Below are positions 18,488 to 23,122 of a stretch of 23,122 nucleotides of DNA, one piece after another. Within the stretch, counting starts at the first letter, position 1; the number at the start of each line of letters is the position of its first letter. The notes under the pieces were generated by a model. It was not told where the DNA came from, made no database searches, and was given only the letters and a program-made list of their open reading frames with translations. The stretch comes from Emiliania huxleyi CCMP1516 (Eukaryota). Made by a program: the position numbers and the translations under genes. The stretch spans positions 342,520 to 365,641 of the forward strand of contig NW_005201551.1 of assembly GCF_000372725.1 (NCBI RefSeq). The letters run 5' to 3'.

Positions 18488-19259
18488 CTGCGCTGAGTCG
18501 AGAGTGCGGGCGGGTTTTCTTTAAGGGGGCGTCGCCGCGCCGCGTTGCACTGGGAGCACTTGGCGGGGTTCTGTTTTTGTGTAAATAAACTTGGAGCACT
18601 TGGAGTGAAGTTAGCAGCCTCACATCCAGGGCCGGGGAGCTGAGAAGCGCGCCCAGCGGGCCGGATGATCGGGATCGGGTTGCGGGCAAGAAAGCCCTAG
18701 CCCCGGGGGGTGCGCGGTCGCAGGGCCATTAACACGGGTCTCGTGAATCCTGTTTTTTTTTCGCTGAGAAACTCGATCGTCTTCTCAACACAGCTAAGCC
18801 ACAGGTACACAGGTGTCAGTGGAAACCACTTCACAGCTATGCCTTGCTCCTTTAGGTGCTCTTAGTATGTTCTGACTCATCCGTCCCTGACTGCCTGAGT
18901 ACACTCCCTTCCTATTGTCTTGTACTCGGCGTCCTGTGGGTGTGTTCACAGTCTTGTGTGAAATACACATTATTATGATTCGATCGACGATTCGAGTTTG
19001 AGACACGTTCGTATTTCTTTTCGCAGCAGCGTTGAGACACAGATTTGCCCGAATGGCGGGGAATCTCGCCGCCCCCCGCGCTACCCAGCGCCTACCAGCG
19101 CTCGCTCGCAGCGCGCCCGACCCGCCGGAAGGCGCGGTCGGCGCGCGCATCAAAAAGTTTGCACGTACGTCCCTCCGCGGCGTGCAACATAGGCCTACAG
19201 CGCCAAAGGCTGGCGCCAATGGCGCCGGCCTGCGGCTGCGGCCCAGTGCGGCCGGCGCG

Positions 19260-19860
19260 CTGCGACGACCGGCGGCGCCGCCTGCGCGCAGCCATTGTCA
19301 CTTCCTCCTCTGTCGCGTCATTCTCTTCTGCCTCGTCCTGCGCCGCCGCCGCCTGCCGTTCCCTTGTTCTCTCGGCTTCTTTCGCCTTTCGGCGCAGCTC
19401 CGCCCTCCTTGCTGCATATCCTGGCCCCTCGAGTCTATCGAGCTCCCCTCGCGCAAGGACCACATTTCTGACTCCCACTCCGATCATTTGCCTACAGGTC
19501 ATGTTGTTGCTCAGGTCCACTCTCTCTTCGAACACTCGTGCCTCTACGGATGATGCCGGCGCTGGGGTCCCCTTCGGATGCATCGTGACATCTGACAACT
19601 GAATTTCCACTGGTTCGTCCTCCTCGGAGTCATCTTCCCCGTCCTCCTTCCGTTCGGCTCTTCGCTCGGTACGTTCGGTGTGGCTCACCCTCCATGCCGT
19701 GAACAGGCGCTTTATCCACCCTATATTCTTCTCTCGTTCCTCTGTCTTCACAGCAGTGCCGGAAATGAGTTCTTTTTGATTTCGGCGTCCGCCGAAATTC
19801 AAGGTCCGTCGGTCTCTTTTGACCGCGGCGTTAGAGAGACCGCCAACACCTGTGTCCTTG
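19260..19860 (-). other. Coding-like minus-strand fragment within the insert upstream of paralog B (possibly TE-derived)
   Basis: Open frame KRDRRTLNFGG...IGWIKRLFTAWRV...ARRAELRRKAKEAERTRERQ with lower GC than neighbouring host genes; no diagnostic motif. Confidence 0.25.
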
Positions 19861-19884
19861 GGCAAAGTCGATCGACTTCTCACG

Positions 19885-21443
19885 ATGGGCTGCTTCTCCA
19901 GCCGCGTCGAGGCCCCGACCGAGGAGCTGCCCGGACCTCCCGCCGTCGAACTCGACGCCCCGACGCCCGCCGACACCGCCGCGCCGACGCAGCCGGCCGC
20001 CGCCCTCCCCTCCGCCGCCGATCTCGCCGATTCCGCCGCGCCGACGCAGCCGGCCGCCGCCCTCCCCTCCGCCACCGATCTCGGCGTGAGCGAGGAGAAG
20101 CTGGAGAAGTGGCGCAAGTTCGGCGGCGGCGACCTGGAGTGTGTCCTCGCGAGCAGCGCCGTCGCCGTCCTCGACGCGCAGTGGGTCATCAGCCACGCCG
20201 AGGCGGGCGGCGTCCTCACCCACCGCCAGGCGCTGCCCAAGGAGGCCTTCCTCTCTTTCGCCGACCTCGTCGAGGCGACCGGCGATGGTGTGAGCAGCCT
20301 TCCCGTCGCCGCGCTCTCCTACCCGTGGCTGACCAAGGACCACCCCGACCCGCTCGGAGCCAACCTCGCCCGCGTCGCAAGGGCGCTCAAGGCCCTGCTC
20401 ACTAACAATTACGGAAATATCACGCGGCTCGGCGTCTTCTGGGACTTCGGCTCGCTGCACCAGCACCCCGACCCCCCCAACGGCGTCCTGCGCACCGAGG
20501 AGCAGAACGCGCTCTTCAAGCAGGGTTTGGGCTGCCTCGGCACGCTCTACTCCCACCAGCACACGACCGTGCTGCGGCTGACCTCCTTCCCGGACGGCCA
20601 CAAGGCGGAGGACCAGGCCGAGGGCACCAACGTTGCCAAGTACTTTGACCGCGGCTGGTGCTACACGGAGCAGAGCTGGGCTGGCCTGACAAAGGCCTGG
20701 ACCCTCTCGCTCGACCTCGGCAAGATGCGCGCCGGCGTGGAGTATGACTACTACAGGCTCCGAGCCGACTGCAGCAAGGACGGCGGCCGGCGCCCTCCGC
20801 TGCTGCCGTCTGCGTTCGCGGCGGAGCTGGAGTCGAAGAGCTTCACCAACGGCAAGGACGACAAGCCGCTGGTGAAGCGGCTGTACGAGGCCGCCTTCGA
20901 GGAGCAGTTTGGCAAGGCGACCGAGCTGCTCTACAACGGCCTCGGCTGGGGCGACGCGGAGGCGGCGCAGGTGGCGGAGGTCCTCGCGAGCGGGGCAGCG
21001 CCGCGGCTCGAGAAGCTCTATCTCGGCGGCAACCGGATTGGCGACGAGGGCTGCAAGGCGCTGGCCGCCGCCCTCGGCAAGGAGGGGGCAGCGCCGCGGC
21101 TCGAGCTGCTCGTTCTCCAGCGCAACGAGATTGGCGACGAGGGCTGCAAGGCGCTGGCCGCCGCCCTCGGCAAGGAGGGGGCAGCGCCGCGGCTCGAGAC
21201 GCTCTCTCTCAACGAAAACAAGCTTAGCGACGAGGGCTGGAAGGCGCTGGCCGCCGCCCTCAAGGAGGGGGCCGCCCCGAGCTTGAAGGCGCGAGACGCC
21301 TCCCCTCGCCACACGCCCCTCCCCCGTCCAATGCTCATCACTCCTCCCCTCGCTTGCAGAGGCTCATCGTGGGCAACTGGGTGGACAACAAGAAGCCTGA
21401 GCTGGTGGCCGTGTGCGAGGAGCGCGGCATCGACCTCGGCTGA
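19885..21443 (+). CDS. HET-like domain + RI-type LRR protein with N-terminal MGC acylation motif, paralog B (495 aa spliced)
   Basis: ATG 19885 (MGCFSSR). Same HET motifs (ALSYPW, VFWDFGSLHQ, YFDRGWCYTE) and three tandem LRR units at 20992-21267. GC-AG intron 21289-21359 in the same position as in paralog A. Last exon RLIVGNWVDNKKPELVAVCEERGIDLG* (21360-21443). Confidence 0.82.
19969..20082 (+). repeat. 57-bp tandem duplication in the N-terminal linker of paralog B
   Basis: 19969-20025 and 20026-20082 encode ADTAAPTQPAAALPSAADL and ADSAAPTQPAAALPSATDL. Confidence 0.92.
20992..21267 (+). repeat. Tandem 93-bp LRR-coding units (31 aa; third unit 90 bp)
   Basis: Units start at 20992, 21085 and 21178; the scaffold DNA is essentially identical outside the variable codons. 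Confidence 0.95.
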
Positions 21444-22701
21444 GCCTCTCCAGCCCCGGCCGGGCGGCGAGGGCGCGGGGCCCGGCGGGACCGCCGCGCG
21501 AGCACGTTAGAGAGCAGCACACCCTGCCGCTGCAGAGCACGACGCACAGCGCCGGCTCCGGCCGCCCTCGCTGTTACGACTATAGTAGAGCTTCCGACAC
21601 CCACTCCAATTACCACGCACACATCATCCCGCGGACTGGGGGTCGGCGAGATTGCAACCAGTCTTCGCGTGCCGACTGTCGTTCGATTCGGGCGCCTTCG
21701 GAGTCGGGGCGGCGAGCAGAGAACGCGGCTCTGAGCGCCCAGCGACGCGTGCCGTACCTCACCGGCACTGAGTCGGTTTCGCTCTTCCTCTCGTTCGACG
21801 AGCGACCCGCCCAGCACCCATTGGGAGTTCGCAAGGTGTCGGGGCCTCGATTTGCGGGGAGCTCGGTCCTCGGCGCGGCCCTTCCCATCNNNNNNNNNNN
21901 NNNNNNNNNNNNNNNNNNNNNNNNNNNNNNNNNNNNNNNNNNNNNNNNNNNNNNNNNNNNNNNNNNNNNNNNNNNNNNNNNNNNNNNNNGAAAAGAAAGG
22001 TTTTCCCGGGGGGCCCTTTTTTTTTTTCGGGGGCCCTTTTTTGTGGGGCTTACGGGGGGGGGATTTTTTTGGCCCCCCCCCCAAACAAAACAGTTTTCCC
22101 CCCCCCCCCTTTTTTTCCCCTGGGGGGAAAAAGGGGGGCACCCCCTTTCCCCGGGGGGGGCCCCCCCCCCCCCCCCCCCCTTTTTTTTTTCCTTTTTCCA
22201 TGCCCCCTCCGCCCCCCGGACAGGGATTTTGGGATTTGGGCCCCCCCCCCCCCCCCCCACCCCTCAGGCCGCCGATGCTGCTTCATATCCCCGCATCGGC
22301 ACCGGGCAGCGGCGGCGGAGGCGGCGCGGCGATCCGGGAGCCGTACGTGTCGAGCCTGCGAGTACTCATTAACAAATCAGAAGAAGAAGACACTATAAGC
22401 CGGGAGCAGTACGTGTCGAGCCTGCGAGGAATCATTAATAACTGGTAATAACAGTTCATCACATGTCGCCCGGCCGCCCCAACGCGTCGCGCCTATGGAC
22501 TAATCATTCATCACTCAGAAGAAGAAGAAGAGGAATGTAGCATCCGGCCCCCGCATGTCGAGCCTCCGAGAGAGGTACGCGTCATAGTCGCCGCTGCTCT
22601 CGTGCCCCCTAACGAACAAGAAACCCCAAAGTCAGCTTCTCCTGCGCCACCAAACCCCCGCCCACCCCGCCCACCCCGCCCACCCCTCCCCTCTCTCTCC
22701 C

Positions 22702-23122
22702 TCACCGCCTCGGCGGCCGGAACTGAAACAAGTCGACCGGCTGCTGCGGCGCCGCCTCGCTCCGCCCTCCTCCTCCTCCTCCTCCTCCTCCTCCCCGCTC
22801 CGGCGGCTCAAACCCGGTGGCGATGACGGTGACGATGATCTCATCGCCGAAACTGTCGTCCGACGTCGAGGCGCCTGATTCAATTAATTAGTGGGGCGTA
22901 GTGAACGAATCTAATCAGTGCCGAAACTGCCTGTCTGACGTCGAGGCGCCTGATTCAATTCATAAGGCGCGTCAATTCGGACCTGCTCGTTTAGCTTGCT
23001 GCCGTCCGGAGTCGAGGCGCCTGATTCAACTCATTAATGAGGCACTTAATTAAGGAGCTCGCGGTGCCAGCGCTGCCGACTGACGTCGAGGCGCCGAAGA
23101 TGACTTGCGCGTCCTCATCCGC
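22702..23122 (-). CDS. ftsZ: FtsZ (organellar division protein), 3' end
   Basis: Minus-strand exon 23122-23095 (ADEDAQVIFG), GC-AG intron 23094-22875, exon 22874-22702 (ASTSDDSFGDEIIVTVIATGFEPPERGGGGGGGGGGRSEAAPQQPVDLFQFRPPRR*). This matches the FtsZ C-terminal signature D.NIIFG...D......I.VTVIATGF. Confidence 0.85.

Noticed and set aside
12575..21222. Diversity-generating retroelement as the cause of HET-LRR variation
   Set aside because: No reverse transcriptase or template repeat in the window; the changes are not adenine-specific and the aac codons are conserved.
12374..21312. Long antisense ORFs 12374-13522 and 19831-21312
   Set aside because: Shadows of the GC3-rich HET-LRR genes on the opposite strand.
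21289..21510. Unspliced C-terminus of ORF 19819-21510 (and the read-through at 13388-13456)
   Set aside because: A shared GC-AG intron (71 vs 69 bp) restores homologous C-termini (PELVAVCEERGI) in both paralogs.
21990..22262. Homopolymer G/C/T runs (also 2907-3060, 5750-5844, 13700-13837) as G-quadruplex or regulatory elements
   Set aside because: They abut N gaps and look like low-quality read ends.
21660..22615. Possible plus-strand exons on both sides of the last gap, with echo repeats at 22335-22428
   Set aside because: Frame and product could not be established, so not called as a CDS.

Overview
GC-rich eukaryotic draft-assembly DNA with five N gaps. The many GC-AG introns filled with 10-11 bp minisatellites strongly suggest a haptophyte such as Emiliania/Gephyrocapsa huxleyi (inference). 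Manual splicing gives, in order: the 3' end of an unknown gene (1-952); a fragmented triose-phosphate/nucleotide-sugar transporter gene (~1057-8195); a tandemly duplicated unit of [GBP/atlastin-like GTPase - variable insert - MGC-acylated HET-domain/LRR gene] at ~8501-13650 and ~15762-21560; a tandem two-domain Rid/YjgF-like gene inside the first insert; and the 3' end of ftsZ on the minus strand. The strongest candidate for a new system is the HET-LRR pair. The two genes are near-identical in DNA except at short hypervariable patches and at the exposed xLxLxxNx LRR positions, and they differ in the number of 93-bp LRR units, resembling diversifying immune receptors next to a GBP-like GTPase. 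The introns also show echoes of exon edges, complementary ends and a dispersed ~170-bp intronic element. All family calls come from motif recognition by eye; no searches were run.
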